A stretch of 64,000 bases of DNA, taken from NCBI GenBank assembly GCA_965238005.1, contig OZ250165.1, positions 4,096,001-4,160,000 of the forward strand, in the 5' to 3' direction. The notes beneath the pieces were generated by a model, which saw only the letters and a program-made list of their open reading frames with translations, did not search any database and was not told the DNA's origin. Source of the stretch: Longimicrobiales bacterium (GTDB lineage Bacteria; Gemmatimonadota; Gemmatimonadetes; Longimicrobiales; Gaopeijiaceae). This document shows, in pieces, positions 19,275 through 29,443 of this stretch. Made by a program: the position numbers and the translations under genes. Position 1 is the first letter of the stretch; each line of letters begins with the position of its first letter.

Positions 19275-19484
19275 ATGAGTCACGACTTCGAGCCGCCTGA
19301 GCGCGCTCATATCCAGGCCGCCTTGGCGGCAGGCGAGATTCCGACGTGCCCCTGTTGCTCCGGGCGTCTCGATCGCACGGAGATACGCCCGCGGGATGAT
19401 GTGTCGTACGTGCGACGCCGGGTCTGGCTGATGTGCGGGCCGTGCGACAAGAGCCTCGTGCTGGACCAACCAAAAGCGACCTAG
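19275..19484 (+). CDS. Small putative zinc-ribbon protein (69 aa)
   Basis: CPCC..CGPC; ATG directly after GGGGAG. Confidence 0.65.
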   Translation: MSHDFEPPERAHIQAALAAGEIPTCPCCSGRLDRTEIRPRDDVSYVRRRVWLMCGPCDKSLVLDQPKAT

Positions 19485-19667
19485 AGTTCCGTCTCCGAAG
19501 TTCGCGAGCCCCACTAGAGGGTCGGGGCGCCGTGGGATCAAGGCGGGACGACCCGGCGTAGCGCAAGCGGGCACCGCGCGAAGCGTGGTCGCAAGGAGTT
19601 CCAACGCCGAGCCCACGGATGCATCGTGCCCTCGACTGGCCGAGACACTTTGGTCACGGGACACTAG
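19481..19667 (+). mobile_element. MITE-like element, copy 1
   Basis: CTAG at both ends, imperfect 19-bp terminal IR, highly similar to the reverse complement of 41331-41498. Confidence 0.8.
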
Positions 19668-19734
19668 AGGCCTCCACAGCGTGCGACCCGAGGTCCGCCG
19701 ATGGCCGACACCTGCCGCAGCCCCCTTGCCGACC

Positions 19735-19938
19735 ATGGCGTCCGTGTCGGCCCTTGCCCTCATTCTGGCCATCGCCGTCTCCACACCCGTGGCCGGCCAG
19801 ACACGCGAGCATGGCCCCATCATTCCGCAGCTTCCGGCAAGCACCAGCGTCATGGCCGTGGGTGGGGCGTTCCAGCTCACCGCCCACTCGTTCTCGCCGC
19901 CCGCCGTCAGGGCTCCGGAGCGATCCTCACCGACGTGA
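19735..19938 (+). pseudogene. Truncated secreted/outer-membrane protein N-terminus
   Basis: Signal peptide MASVSALALILAIAVSTPVAGQ then LPASTSVMAVGGAF; ends abruptly. Confidence 0.45.
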
Positions 19939-20060
19939 AGGCCGCATCCAAGAACGAGATCCCCACGTCGTCCACCAGGACGGTTCCGACCTCGCTCAAG
20001 TCGAACACCAGCCGGGTCTCCTTGAGACTTCGGAGGTCCAAGGCGCCGGCCGGATCGGCA
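19907..20060 (-). pseudogene. C-terminal gene remnant
   Basis: LDLRSLKETRLVFDLSEVGTVLVDDVGISF..* with no start codon or RBS. Confidence 0.4.
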
Positions 20061-20213
20061 ATTCCGAGCACTGGCCAACGGAAGGCTGGACCCAGGCACC
20101 GCGATTAGGAATGTTCCAGATCACGCTCGGGAGTCTCGCTTGCTCCCGACCACGCGCTCAACGCCGGAGGGGTGCCCACGAACACCCCCCGCCTTCAGCA
20201 ACCAGATGAGTCC

Positions 20214-20699
20214 ATGCCGAATCGAATCGCACACGTCACTACCAATCAGGGGGAGTTCAAGGTCGAGCTCTTCGAGGAGCGGGCGCCCGGAACGACGAAG
20301 AACTTCATCGACCTCGTGGGGAAGGGGTACTACGACGGCATCGTCTTCCACCGCGTCATCGCCGGCTTCATGATCCAGGGCGGCTGTCCTTCGGGAAACG
20401 GCACGGGTGGCCCAGGCTACACGATCTCCGACGAGTTCCATCCCGAGCTCCGCCACGACTCCGAAGGCATGCTTTCCATGGCGAATTCGGGGCCCAACAC
20501 CGGGGGCTCCCAGTTCTTCGTGACTTTGGCTCCCACCGCCTGGCTCGATGGGAAGCATGCGATCTTCGGCAAGGTCGTCGAAGGCATGGAGACGGTTCGG
20601 ACCATCGGGAGCACCGCGACGGGTCCCAGAGACCGGCCCCTCCAGGAAGTGGTCATGGAGAAGGTCGAGATCCTGAATCCGGGCCAGCCCTCGGAGTGA
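20214..20699 (+). CDS. Cyclophilin-type peptidylprolyl isomerase (cytoplasmic)
   Basis: FHRVIAGFMIQGGCP, LSMANSGPNTGGSQFF, WLDGKHAIFG. Confidence 0.95.
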   Translation: MPNRIAHVTTNQGEFKVELFEERAPGTTKNFIDLVGKGYYDGIVFHRVIAGFMIQGGCPSGNGTGGPGYTISDEFHPELRHDSEGMLSMANSGPNTGGSQFFVTLAPTAWLDGKHAIFGKVVEGMETVRTIGSTATGPRDRPLQEVVMEKVEILNPGQPSE

Positions 20700-20744
20700 C
20701 CAGCATCATTACGGTTTGCCGGCCGGGGCGGAGCTTCCGACGCC

Positions 20745-22580
20745 TCATCGATACCCTGCCGCCTGGAGGGTGAAGAGCTCGGCGTAACGGCCCTCCAGAG
20801 CCAGGAGCTCCTCGTGGGTCCCGTCCTTAGTAACGCCCCCGTTCTCGAGGACAACGATGCGGTCCGCCATGCGAACCGTGGAGAAGCGATGGGAGATGAG
20901 GACCGCCATCCTCCCCCGGGTCAGCTCGGCGAATCGTTCGAACACATGGTACTCGGCTCTGGCGTCCAATGCGGCCGTAGGCTCGTCGAGGATCAGCACC
21001 TGGGCGTCACGCATGTAGGCGCGAGCGAGTCCCACTTTCTGCCACTCACCACCGGAGAGGTTCGCGCCACCCTCGAACCGCCGGCCTAGCATATGATCGA
21101 AGCCGCCCTCGAGCTCGGACACCACGGTGTCGGCCAGGCTCTTCTGGGCCGCCTCGACGATGCGATGCTGGTTGTCGAGGCCCTCGATCTGTCCCACCGC
21201 GATGTTCTCGCGCATGATGAGGTCATAGCGGACAAAGTCCTGGAAGATGACGCCGATAGTGCGCCGCAGCTCCCCCACGTCGTACTCCTTCAGGTCCACT
21301 CCATCAAGCAGGATCCGTCCCTCGTCGGGGTCGTAGAGTCGCGCCAGAAGCTTCACGAGCGTGGTCTTCCCCGCACCGTTCTCTCCCACGAGAGCGACAC
21401 GCTCCCCGGCAGCGATGTCTAGTGAGACGCCGCGGATGGCCCACTTGTCGCTGTCGGGGTAGCGGAACCCGACGTTCTCGAAGACGATGCCGTCTCTGAT
21501 GGGCCGAGGCAGAGGCACGGCATCCGCCGGGCTCGGAGCCGCAGGCTTCGTCTCCAGGAAGATGAAGAGATCCCTGAGGAACAGGCTCTGCTCGTAGACG
21601 TCGGCGGACCGCAGGAGGATACCGCTGATCAGAGCCCTGCTCCGCTGGAAGGACCCCACCAGAAACGTGAGGTCTCCGAGCGTGAGAATCCCACGGACGG
21701 TGTCCACGATGATGAACACGTTGGCAGCGTAGTACCCGAGGGTCGACACCGCGGTAAGCCCTCCGGAACTGGCCGCCCGCTTGGTGGAGAGGGCCTTGTT
21801 GGCTTCATAGAACTCGTCCGCAAGCCGTTCGTACTTCCGGGTGAAGTAGGCGGAGAGCCCGAAGAGCTTCACCTCCTTCGCCGTCACGTTGCTCGTGGCC
21901 ACGTACCGGAGGTAGTCCAGCTCTCTTCGCTCCGGAGTCCACTTGAAGAGCAGTGAGTACGAAAGGCCGGCGAAGTGGGTCTCGCCGATGAACGACGGCA
22001 GGACGGCCAGGACGAGGAGCAGCAGGAGCCACCCGTTGAACGCCACCAGGGCCACGAGAAGCGATGCCAGCGTCAGGGCGTTCTGACCGATGCCGAGAAG
22101 GAGCGCCACCAGTCCGATCCTGCCTACAGTCTGGCGTCGGGCCCTCTCGAGGGAGTCATAGAACTGGGGATCCTCGAAGTTCTCCAGATCCAGTGTCGCG
22201 GCGTGCTCCATGATCCGGACGGAGAGTCGATTGCCGAAGAGATCGGCCAGGAGGCTCTCCAGGAGGTTCGAGGCCCTCTGGAAGAGGTCGGAGACCAGGG
22301 CGACGGCCAGCTCCAGCGCCACCAGGCGCATGATGCCAGCCCAATCGGGCTCCGTGGCTCCGATGTTGGCCACGACCGCGTCGATGATGAGCTTGCCGAT
22401 CCAAAGCTGCACGACCGGCGAGAAGGCCAGCACCAACCGCAGTGACACGATGGTGGTGGAGTAGTACGGCTGGGCCCGCCACACCATGCGCAGAAAGCGT
22501 GGCACCAGGCGGAGCGCCACCAGGCGCTCCTTGAAGGGCGGAAGATCGACGGAACGGCGCCGTCCAAGACCAGGGGGCAC
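20745..22580 (-). CDS. ABC transporter, fused permease/ATP-binding
   Basis: TM domain; GENGAGKT, LSGGEWQ, LILDEPT. Confidence 0.93.
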   Translation of the reverse strand: MPPGLGRRRSVDLPPFKERLVALRLVPRFLRMVWRAQPYYSTTIVSLRLVLAFSPVVQLWIGKLIIDAVVANIGATEPDWAGIMRLVALELAVALVSDLFQRASNLLESLLADLFGNRLSVRIMEHAATLDLENFEDPQFYDSLERARRQTVGRIGLVALLLGIGQNALTLASLLVALVAFNGWLLLLLVLAVLPSFIGETHFAGLSYSLLFKWTPERRELDYLRYVATSNVTAKEVKLFGLSAYFTRKYERLADEFYEANKALSTKRAASSGGLTAVSTLGYYAANVFIIVDTVRGILTLGDLTFLVGSFQRSRALISGILLRSADVYEQSLFLRDLFIFLETKPAAPSPADAVPLPRPIRDGIVFENVGFRYPDSDKWAIRGVSLDIAAGERVALVGENGAGKTTLVKLLARLYDPDEGRILLDGVDLKEYDVGELRRTIGVIFQDFVRYDLIMRENIAVGQIEGLDNQHRIVEAAQKSLADTVVSELEGGFDHMLGRRFEGGANLSGGEWQKVGLARAYMRDAQVLILDEPTAALDARAEYHVFERFAELTRGRMAVLISHRFSTVRMADRIVVLENGGVTKDGTHEELLALEGRYAELFTLQAAGYR

Positions 22581-22609
22581 CGGCTACGCGCTCCGGAGAT
22601 CGGCGGGGA

Positions 22610-23113
22610 TCAACCCTCGTCGTCTGCCGGGACCCTGCTGCCGAACTCCCGATCCAGCATGAGGAGCACGGCCTGGTCGTCGCCGGCCATGCGCACCTGA
22701 TCCCGGGCGGTCGATGCGCTGTCCTCTTCCTCGACCTGCTCCGCGATGAACCACTGGAGCTCTTGCTGGGCCGCCCAATCCCCCTCCTCTCCCGCGAGCT
22801 CGAAGAGGCGATGGATCATGCCCGTCACCTTCTGCTCGTGCTCCAACACACTCTCGAAGATATCCACGACTAGTCCGAACTCCGTCTGTGGCGCGTCGAT
22901 GGCCTGGAGCTCGACCCGTCCGCCACGGCGAAGCACATGGTCGTAGAGCCGCAGGGCGTGGGCCAGCTCCTCCTGAGCCTGCATTTTCATCCAGTGCGCG
23001 AAGCCCGGAAAGTTGTCGGCTTCGAAGTGGGCGGACATGGACAGATACAGATATCCCGAAGACAGCTCGTCCTTGATCTGCTCGTTGAATGCGGCCTGGA
23101 CCTTGTCGTTCAT
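22610..23113 (-). CDS. ftnA: Non-heme ferritin
   Basis: NEQIKDEL..YLSMS..QAQEELAHA..LEHEQKVT..LQWFIAEQVEEE. Confidence 0.92.
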   Translation of the reverse strand: MNDKVQAAFNEQIKDELSSGYLYLSMSAHFEADNFPGFAHWMKMQAQEELAHALRLYDHVLRRGGRVELQAIDAPQTEFGLVVDIFESVLEHEQKVTGMIHRLFELAGEEGDWAAQQELQWFIAEQVEEEDSASTARDQVRMAGDDQAVLLMLDREFGSRVPADDEG

Positions 23114-23268
23114 TGAGACCCCTGACTGGCTGAGAGTCTGGCCGCCGGCCTACGAGGCGACGGCCCGGAGGAGCGGCTCACAATACCCCCGAGCCATGGA
23201 GAAGTGCAGCGACACCCCGAGGACCGAAATCAGCCCTGTGGGGACTCGTCCCCGCCCCGGGTGATCTG

Positions 23269-23642
23269 CTCGTCAGCATCTAGCCGAGAGTTGCCCTGCC
23301 CAGGATCCCAATATGGGCGCCATGCTTTTGAATCACCTGAGCCGACCAAGCGTCAGGCAGCACGGGTTGGAGATCAAGGGTGAGGCCGTCGTCCACGGTG
23401 AGCACACCATGTACTTCATCGTGGAAGCTGGTGACGAGGAACGCCTGCGCGAGTTCATGCAGCCGTTCTAACAGGCCGGCAGCCTGGACATCTACCTAGC
23501 CACGACCTGCGTCGGCGTGGTCGCCAGCGGCGGATGCACTGCGGCGATGCCTCTGAGTGAGCTCGGGCCGACGCTGGATCCAGAAGACGCCTGCCAGGAT
23601 GCCATTGACGCCCGGCTGGTTGTCCAGTGCGACGTGAGCTGA
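23269..23642 (+). pseudogene. Gene remnant with an in-frame stop (resembles the N-terminus of some sulfite-oxidase-like molybdoenzymes)
   Basis: CPAQDPNMGAMLLNHLSRP..GEHTMYFIVEAGDEERLREFMQPF*(TAA 23469)QAGSLDIY..DPEDACQDAIDA; family assignment from memory only. Confidence 0.5.
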
Positions 23643-24116
23643 TGCACACAGGACCTGCCTGATCTAGTCTGTTGGGTATCGAAGGGATCACCCCACGTCT
23701 TCTTGCTCGGCTTGCGGTGATACCTGGGAGAGGGTGTGATCGATGATCAGGGAGAGGTATGCGATCGACCCAGTCAAAGGTGGATTCGTACGCCGGAAGA
23801 TCCGAGCCGTCGTACGTCAGCTTGAGGTGGGAAGCGGTAACTACGAGTGGCGGCCAGACGATGCCCACGTGCTCGTGGGAAGTCCCTTGCTGGTTACTCG
23901 TCAGGCGGACGCGGGCTGATCCGTAATCGGCCGTCGTGACAGACCGTCACCCAGGTTGGATCGTCTGCTTACAGGGTTATGCCACCACCAGGGTCTCTCT
24001 TCCGAAGCTCGTGCAAGATCGAATCGGCGCGGGCGAGACGTGCTTCAGCTTCGGCCTCATCTAGTTCTGCTGGACGAACCAGCCCACGAGAGTGGGCAGA
24101 AGAGCGCCACTCAAGC

Positions 24117-24233
24117 TCACCCTGCGATCGTGTTCCAGTTCTTGGCGAGGTGATCAGCCGTCCGCCACGCCAGCGCCTGCGCGGTGAGCGTTGGGTTGTG
24201 CGCGCCGCTCGTGCCCATGACCGAGGCCCCCAG
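24117..24233 (-). pseudogene. GMC oxidoreductase C-terminal remnant
   Basis: LGASVMGTSGAHNPTLTAQALAWRTADHLAKNW, the NPTLT C-terminal motif. Confidence 0.75.
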
Positions 24234-24355
24234 TTGGGCGGCTAGACGTGTTGTGTGTGCAAGATCCGCAGCCTAACACGTCCCTCATCTACGCAGGGCA
24301 GAAAACGCTCGGTCGGGTTCGATGCCCGCCGATTCTCGATACAGAGGTGACTCCG

Positions 24356-25813
24356 ATGCGAAAACTACTCGCCGTGGCCGCGACTATCACGGTGGTGACA
24401 GTGCCTTCCGGCACCGAGCCCGCCGCGACCGAGTCGACGCCGCTCACCCAAGAATCTCCGACGCTCCGCTCCACGTCCGCTCAGCGTGACGCGGTGGCGA
24501 TCACCGTGTACAACCAGAACTTCGGGCTCGTGCGCGAGATCCGGACACTCGACCTCTCTTCAGGTCGCATCGCCCTGGAGTACGGCGACGTCGCGTCCGC
24601 TATCCAGCCCGAAACGGTCCACATCCGCCCGATCAGCGGGGGTCGGCTGCAGGTGCTCGAGCAGAACTATCAATTCGACCTGCTGAGCCCGCAGAAGCTC
24701 CTCGAGAAGTACGTCGGCCGGACCGTGAACGTGTATCGGACCAATCCGCAGACCGGCGTGGACGAGGCGGTCGAGGCGGAGGTCGTGTCGGTGAACGGCG
24801 GTACGATCCTGAGGATCGGCGGTGAGATCACGTTCAACTACCCCGGGCGCTTCGGCTTCCCCGAGGTTCCCGACAACCTCATTGCGGAGCCGACGCTGCT
24901 GTGGCGGCTGGACGCAACGGGTGGCCAACAGCAGGTCGAGGTCTCGTACCTCACCAACGGCTTGAATTGGAAGTCTGACTACGTCATGGTCCTCGACGAG
25001 GACAACGGGGCGGCGGCCCTCACGGGCTGGGTGACGCTCACGAACCAGAGCGGGACGGCGTACAAAAGCGCACGGCTCCAACTGGTCGCGGGCGACGTGC
25101 AGCGCGTGCAAGGCAACATGAGGCCAGAGCTCCGATCGCGGATGATGGCGGACGCGATAGCGGAGCGGGACGGCGCGGGCTTTACAGAGAACGCCTTCTT
25201 CGAGTACCACCTTTATACGCTCGGTCGCCCCGCGGACCTGATGAACAACGAACAGAAGCAGGTCACGCTCCTGGAGTCCGGCGACTTCGGCGTCGAGAAG
25301 AAGCTCATCTTCCACGGCGCAATGCACTACTACCGGGGTCAATACGGCCAGGTCACGTCGAACCAGAAGGTCGGCGTCTTCCTCGACTTCGAGAACAGCG
25401 TGCGGAACGGCCTCGGTATGCCGCTTCCGAAGGGCGTCGTGCGCGTCTACAAGCGCGACCACGCGGGTGCCCTGCAGTTCGTCGGCGAGGACCTGATCGA
25501 TCACACGCCGCGCGACGAGGAATTGCGCATCAAGATGGGAGAGGCCTTCGACGTCGTCGGTGACCGCCGCCAGATGGAATACACGGTGATTTCGGGCTGC
25601 GTCTCCGAGAGCACGTGGCAGATCGATCTGAGGAACCACAAAGACGAAGACGTCGAGGTCATGCTTGTCGAGCCCGTAGGCGGCGACTGGCAGATCCTGT
25701 CGTCGACGCATCCGTTCGAGCAGATCGATGCGTGGACGTTCACGCTGACGCCCGAGGTCGAGGCGAACGGCGAAACGCGCGTCGAGTACCGCGTTCGTGT
25801 GCGGTGGTGCTGA
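24356..25813 (+). CDS. DUF4139/DUF4140 domain secreted protein
   Basis: ITVYNQNFGLVRE, EQNYQFDLL..LLEKYVG, YLTNGLNW, EYHLYTL, PLPKG, IDHTP; GAGGT RBS. Confidence 0.88.
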   Translation: MRKLLAVAATITVVTVPSGTEPAATESTPLTQESPTLRSTSAQRDAVAITVYNQNFGLVREIRTLDLSSGRIALEYGDVASAIQPETVHIRPISGGRLQVLEQNYQFDLLSPQKLLEKYVGRTVNVYRTNPQTGVDEAVEAEVVSVNGGTILRIGGEITFNYPGRFGFPEVPDNLIAEPTLLWRLDATGGQQQVEVSYLTNGLNWKSDYVMVLDEDNGAAALTGWVTLTNQSGTAYKSARLQLVAGDVQRVQGNMRPELRSRMMADAIAERDGAGFTENAFFEYHLYTLGRPADLMNNEQKQVTLLESGDFGVEKKLIFHGAMHYYRGQYGQVTSNQKVGVFLDFENSVRNGLGMPLPKGVVRVYKRDHAGALQFVGEDLIDHTPRDEELRIKMGEAFDVVGDRRQMEYTVISGCVSESTWQIDLRNHKDEDVEVMLVEPVGGDWQILSSTHPFEQIDAWTFTLTPEVEANGETRVEYRVRVRWC

Positions 25814-26035
25814 GTCGTGCGTTATTCCCATTCGAGCATCGCGAATGTCTGAGCGCACGCTTGATCGTCGAGCGCTGGCACGAGAATCCCTGGTTGACCG
25901 GTCTGGTCCCCACCCCCACGTTATCGCGACCCGTCAAAGGGCCTTTGTTTGCCCGACGAAGCTAGCTTCGTCGCTGATCTTCGCGATTCAACGATGAACG
26001 GAGCCAGCAACTACATGATGGCGAGCGATTTAGTG

Positions 26036-26749
26036 ATGGATAGGGTGAAGGGAACGAGAGGGTTCGTGGCCGTGCTGGTCCTGTTGACGCTGGCGGCGTG
26101 TAGCGGCGGGGAAACGTGTAGCGAAGGGGACACCGGTGAGGCCACGGAAGGGGCTCCTGACCCCTGCAACCCCCTCATGTACCCCACCCGGGACGTCATG
26201 AACGAGACGGCTCCCGACGTCTACCAGGCCCGCTTCGAGACCAGCAAGGGCGCCTTCGTCATCGAGGTGACCCGTGCGTGGTCCCCGCTGGGTTCCGACC
26301 GCTTCTACAACCTCGTCAACAACGGGTATTTCGACGGAGTCCATTTCTTCCGGGTGCTCGACGGCTTCATGGCCCAGTTCGGCCTCCACGGAGATCCTTA
26401 CGTGTCGGCTGCGTGGCGGAATCACCCGATCCAGGACGATCCCGTCACCCAGAGCAACCTGCGTGGCACCGTGACCTTCGCCACGGCAGGGCCCGACACG
26501 CGCACCACCCAGGTGTTCATCAACTTCGGCGACAACGCCAGCCTGGACAGACAGGGCTTCTCGCCCTTCGGCCAGGTCGTTGAGGGCATGGACGTCGTGG
26601 ACCAGCTCCACGCGGGGTACGGTGAATCTGCTCCTAGCGGCACCGGGCCGCTCCAGCAGAACATCCTGGCCAGGGGCAACGACTACCTGGACGAAGGCTT
26701 CCCGGATTTGGACCACGTAGAGCGGGCGACGATCGTCACGGGGGGATGA
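26036..26749 (+). CDS. Cyclophilin-type PPIase lipoprotein
   Basis: LAAC lipobox; [33 protein letters not shown]; start uncertain. Confidence 0.9.
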   Translation: MDRVKGTRGFVAVLVLLTLAACSGGETCSEGDTGEATEGAPDPCNPLMYPTRDVMNETAPDVYQARFETSKGAFVIEVTRAWSPLGSDRFYNLVNNGYFDGVHFFRVLDGFMAQFGLHGDPYVSAAWRNHPIQDDPVTQSNLRGTVTFATAGPDTRTTQVFINFGDNASLDRQGFSPFGQVVEGMDVVDQLHAGYGESAPSGTGPLQQNILARGNDYLDEGFPDLDHVERATIVTGG

Positions 26750-27011
26750 CCGCAGGGTTCGTCCCGGCCGTCCAGGCGGCGTTGTCCGCACACGCCGTTC
26801 CCTCCCGCAAGGACTGGTGGGAGCGATACCTCAAGCCCAGCCGGCTTTGCCCGAGGAGTCCTTGGATCGCTATTGACGCCGGTCGGGCTCGCCTTGACCC
26901 ATTGTGACCGGAATGTGTCCCGGAGGGCGGCGAAAGGCGGCGGAGACACAGTTTGAGGCGGCGGAATTGAAACGAGGAATGGCTTAAGTAGGCGAACTTC
27001 GCCGGATAGGC

Positions 27012-27205
27012 GCTGTGCGTGGACTGTATCGTGGAGAGGACCAGATGACCGGTCACTGCTGCTGCCATGGCGATCACCGCCGTCTCGCGGTCACGGAGCT
27101 CTCCGATCATCACGATGTCAGGGTCCTGCCGAAGAATCGCCCGTAGGGCAGCGGGAAACCAACGCCCTCGGTCCTCCCGGATAGCTCCCGGAGATGCGAT
27201 TCATG
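27012..27205 (-). pseudogene. PilB/GspE secretion ATPase remnant
   Basis: [38 protein letters not shown]; out-of-frame AGGAGG-ATG at 27205. Confidence 0.8.
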
Positions 27206-27394
27206 GCCCCTCCTACAGCCGACGGCCGTACCTGTGACCTAGAGAATTGGCCTCCCGAGGGGGCAACTTTAGTCGGCGAGGGCCTGACCTAATGGGCGAG
27301 GGCCAGACGAACGCTCTCGGAGAGCCGATCTAGCGACAAGGGCTTCGGAAGGAACGGTCGCCAACAGCCCAATAACTTCAAACCGTGTGGACCG

Positions 27395-29443
27395 TCAGGC
27401 AAGCGTGGCCCTGCTGACTTCGGCGAGCATGGAACGCGCCTGGGCCACGACCTCCTTGGACGTCACGCCGAATCGCTCGTACAGGACCTCGGCGGGAGCC
27501 GAGGCGCCGAAGTGGTCGATGCCCACCGCGCCGCCGCCGTCGCCTACCCAGCGAGACCACCCGAACGTCGATCCGGCCTCCACGGCGATGCGAAGGCGCT
27601 GGCTGGGCGGAAGCACCTGGTCCCGGTACTCCTGGTCCTGACCCTCGAAGAGGCGCCAGCTCGGCATGCTCACCACTCGTGTGGGGGTTCCGTCGGCCTC
27701 GAGCTGGCTCCGGGCTTCGAGGGCCGTCCCCACCTCGGAGCCGCTGGCGATGAGGATCACCTCGGCCTCGCCGCCGGTCGCCTCGGCGAGGACGTATGCG
27801 CCCCGGCGGGCTCCCTCGGAAGAGGCCAGCTCGGTCCGATCCAAAGGCGGCACCTTCTGCCTCGTTAGGGCCAGGAAGGTGGGACCGCCGGTGCGCTCCA
27901 CGGCGATGCGCCACGCCACCACCGTCTCCGCCGCGTCGGCGGGCCGGAGATCCACCAGGTTGGGGATTGTCCTGAGGGTCATCATCTGCTCGATGGGCTG
28001 ATGCGTCGGCCCGTCCTCACCCAGCCCGATGGAGTCATGAGTGAACACGTACGTGACCGGAACCCCCATGAGCGCGGCAAGCCGGATCGAGGGCCGCATG
28101 TAGTCGGAGAAGATCAGGAAGGTCCCCGCGAAGGGCCGGATGCCCCCGTGCAGGCCCAGACCGTTCAGGATGCCTCCCATCCCGTGTTCGCGGACACCGA
28201 AGTGGATCACGCGTCCGTCGGGGGCGCCGGCCAGGAGGTCGCCGCCCTCGTCGATGTCCGTCTTGTTCGACGACCCCAGGTCGGCCGAGCCGCCGATGAG
28301 GTTGGGCAGTCCCGCCGCCAACCCCTGGAGGACCTTCCCCGACCAGGACCGGGTTGCGTCGGCCTTGTCCACGTGCTCGTAGTCGGGCAGGTGAGCGTCC
28401 CATCCGGATGGCAGGTCGCCGCGCATCATGCCCAGGTACTCTTCGGCCAGCTCCGGATACGCCTCGCTGTAGGCCTCGAAGCGCTCGTTCCAGGCCGCCT
28501 CGAGCTCGCGGCCCCGCTCCGCCGTCTCCCGCCACGCCGCCAGGGCGTCGGGATCCACGAAGAACGGCTCCTGGGATGGGTAGCCCAGGCTCGTCTTGGT
28601 GGCCGTCACCTCGTCCTCGCCCAAGGGGGCGCCGTGGGCGGAGTGGTGACCGACCTTGTTGGGGCTGCCCTCGGCGATCTGGGTGCGGTTGATGATGAGC
28701 GTGGGGCGCTCCGTCTCCGCCCGGGCTGCCTCAAGGGCCTCGTCGAGGGCCGCGAGATCGGTGCCGTCCTCGACGCGGAGGACGTGCCACTGGTACCCGC
28801 CGAAGCGGTCCCCATGGTCCGTTGACGTGCTCAGATCCGTGCTGCCCTCGATGGTGATCCGGTTGTCGTCGAAGATCCAGATGAGCTTGCCGAGCTTCTG
28901 ATGGCCGGCCAGCTCCGCCACCTCGTGAGAGATGCCCTCCATGAGGTCGCCGTCGGAGCAGAGGGCGTACGTGTAGTGATCCACCACCTCGTGGCCGGAC
29001 CGGTTGAAGCGGGCGGCCAGCCATCGCTCGGCAAGTGCCATGCCCACCGAATTCGCCACGCCCTGACCGAGGGGGCCGGTGGTGGTCTCGACCCCGGGGG
29101 TGTGTCCCACCTCGGGGTGGCCCGGCGTCTTCGATCCCCACTGGCGGAAGTTGACGATCTCGTCCTTGGGGAGATCGTACCCCGTGAGGTGCAGGATCGA
29201 GTAGACGAGCAGGGACGCGTGTCCCACCGAGAGGACGAACCGGTCCCGGTCCAACCACCCGGGGTTCCCCGGGTTGTGCTGCATGTGCTGCGTCCAGAGG
29301 AGGTACCCCAGGGGCGCGAGCGCCATGGGGGTGCCGGGATGTCCACAGCTGGCCTTCTGGACCGCATCCATCGAGAGGACCTTGATCGCGTCGATGCAAA
29401 GGCGGTCCAGCTCCGGGGAGCGACCGGTGGGCGAATCGGCCAT
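27395..29443 (-). CDS. tkt: Transketolase
   Basis: [47 protein letters not shown]. Confidence 0.97.
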   Translation of the reverse strand: MADSPTGRSPELDRLCIDAIKVLSMDAVQKASCGHPGTPMALAPLGYLLWTQHMQHNPGNPGWLDRDRFVLSVGHASLLVYSILHLTGYDLPKDEIVNFRQWGSKTPGHPEVGHTPGVETTTGPLGQGVANSVGMALAERWLAARFNRSGHEVVDHYTYALCSDGDLMEGISHEVAELAGHQKLGKLIWIFDDNRITIEGSTDLSTSTDHGDRFGGYQWHVLRVEDGTDLAALDEALEAARAETERPTLIINRTQIAEGSPNKVGHHSAHGAPLGEDEVTATKTSLGYPSQEPFFVDPDALAAWRETAERGRELEAAWNERFEAYSEAYPELAEEYLGMMRGDLPSGWDAHLPDYEHVDKADATRSWSGKVLQGLAAGLPNLIGGSADLGSSNKTDIDEGGDLLAGAPDGRVIHFGVREHGMGGILNGLGLHGGIRPFAGTFLIFSDYMRPSIRLAALMGVPVTYVFTHDSIGLGEDGPTHQPIEQMMTLRTIPNLVDLRPADAAETVVAWRIAVERTGGPTFLALTRQKVPPLDRTELASSEGARRGAYVLAEATGGEAEVILIASGSEVGTALEARSQLEADGTPTRVVSMPSWRLFEGQDQEYRDQVLPPSQRLRIAVEAGSTFGWSRWVGDGGGAVGIDHFGASAPAEVLYERFGVTSKEVVAQARSMLAEVSRATLA

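Noticed and set aside
23469..23471. Recoded stop (selenocysteine or pyrrolysine)
   Set aside because: The codon is TAA and the surrounding gene is truncated.
23976..24277. Integron attC-like core heptamers (GCCTAAC, GTTGGGC, GTTATGC)
   Set aside because: Not arranged as RYYYAAC..GTTRRRY around a hairpin, no integrase, and 7-mers are expected by chance.
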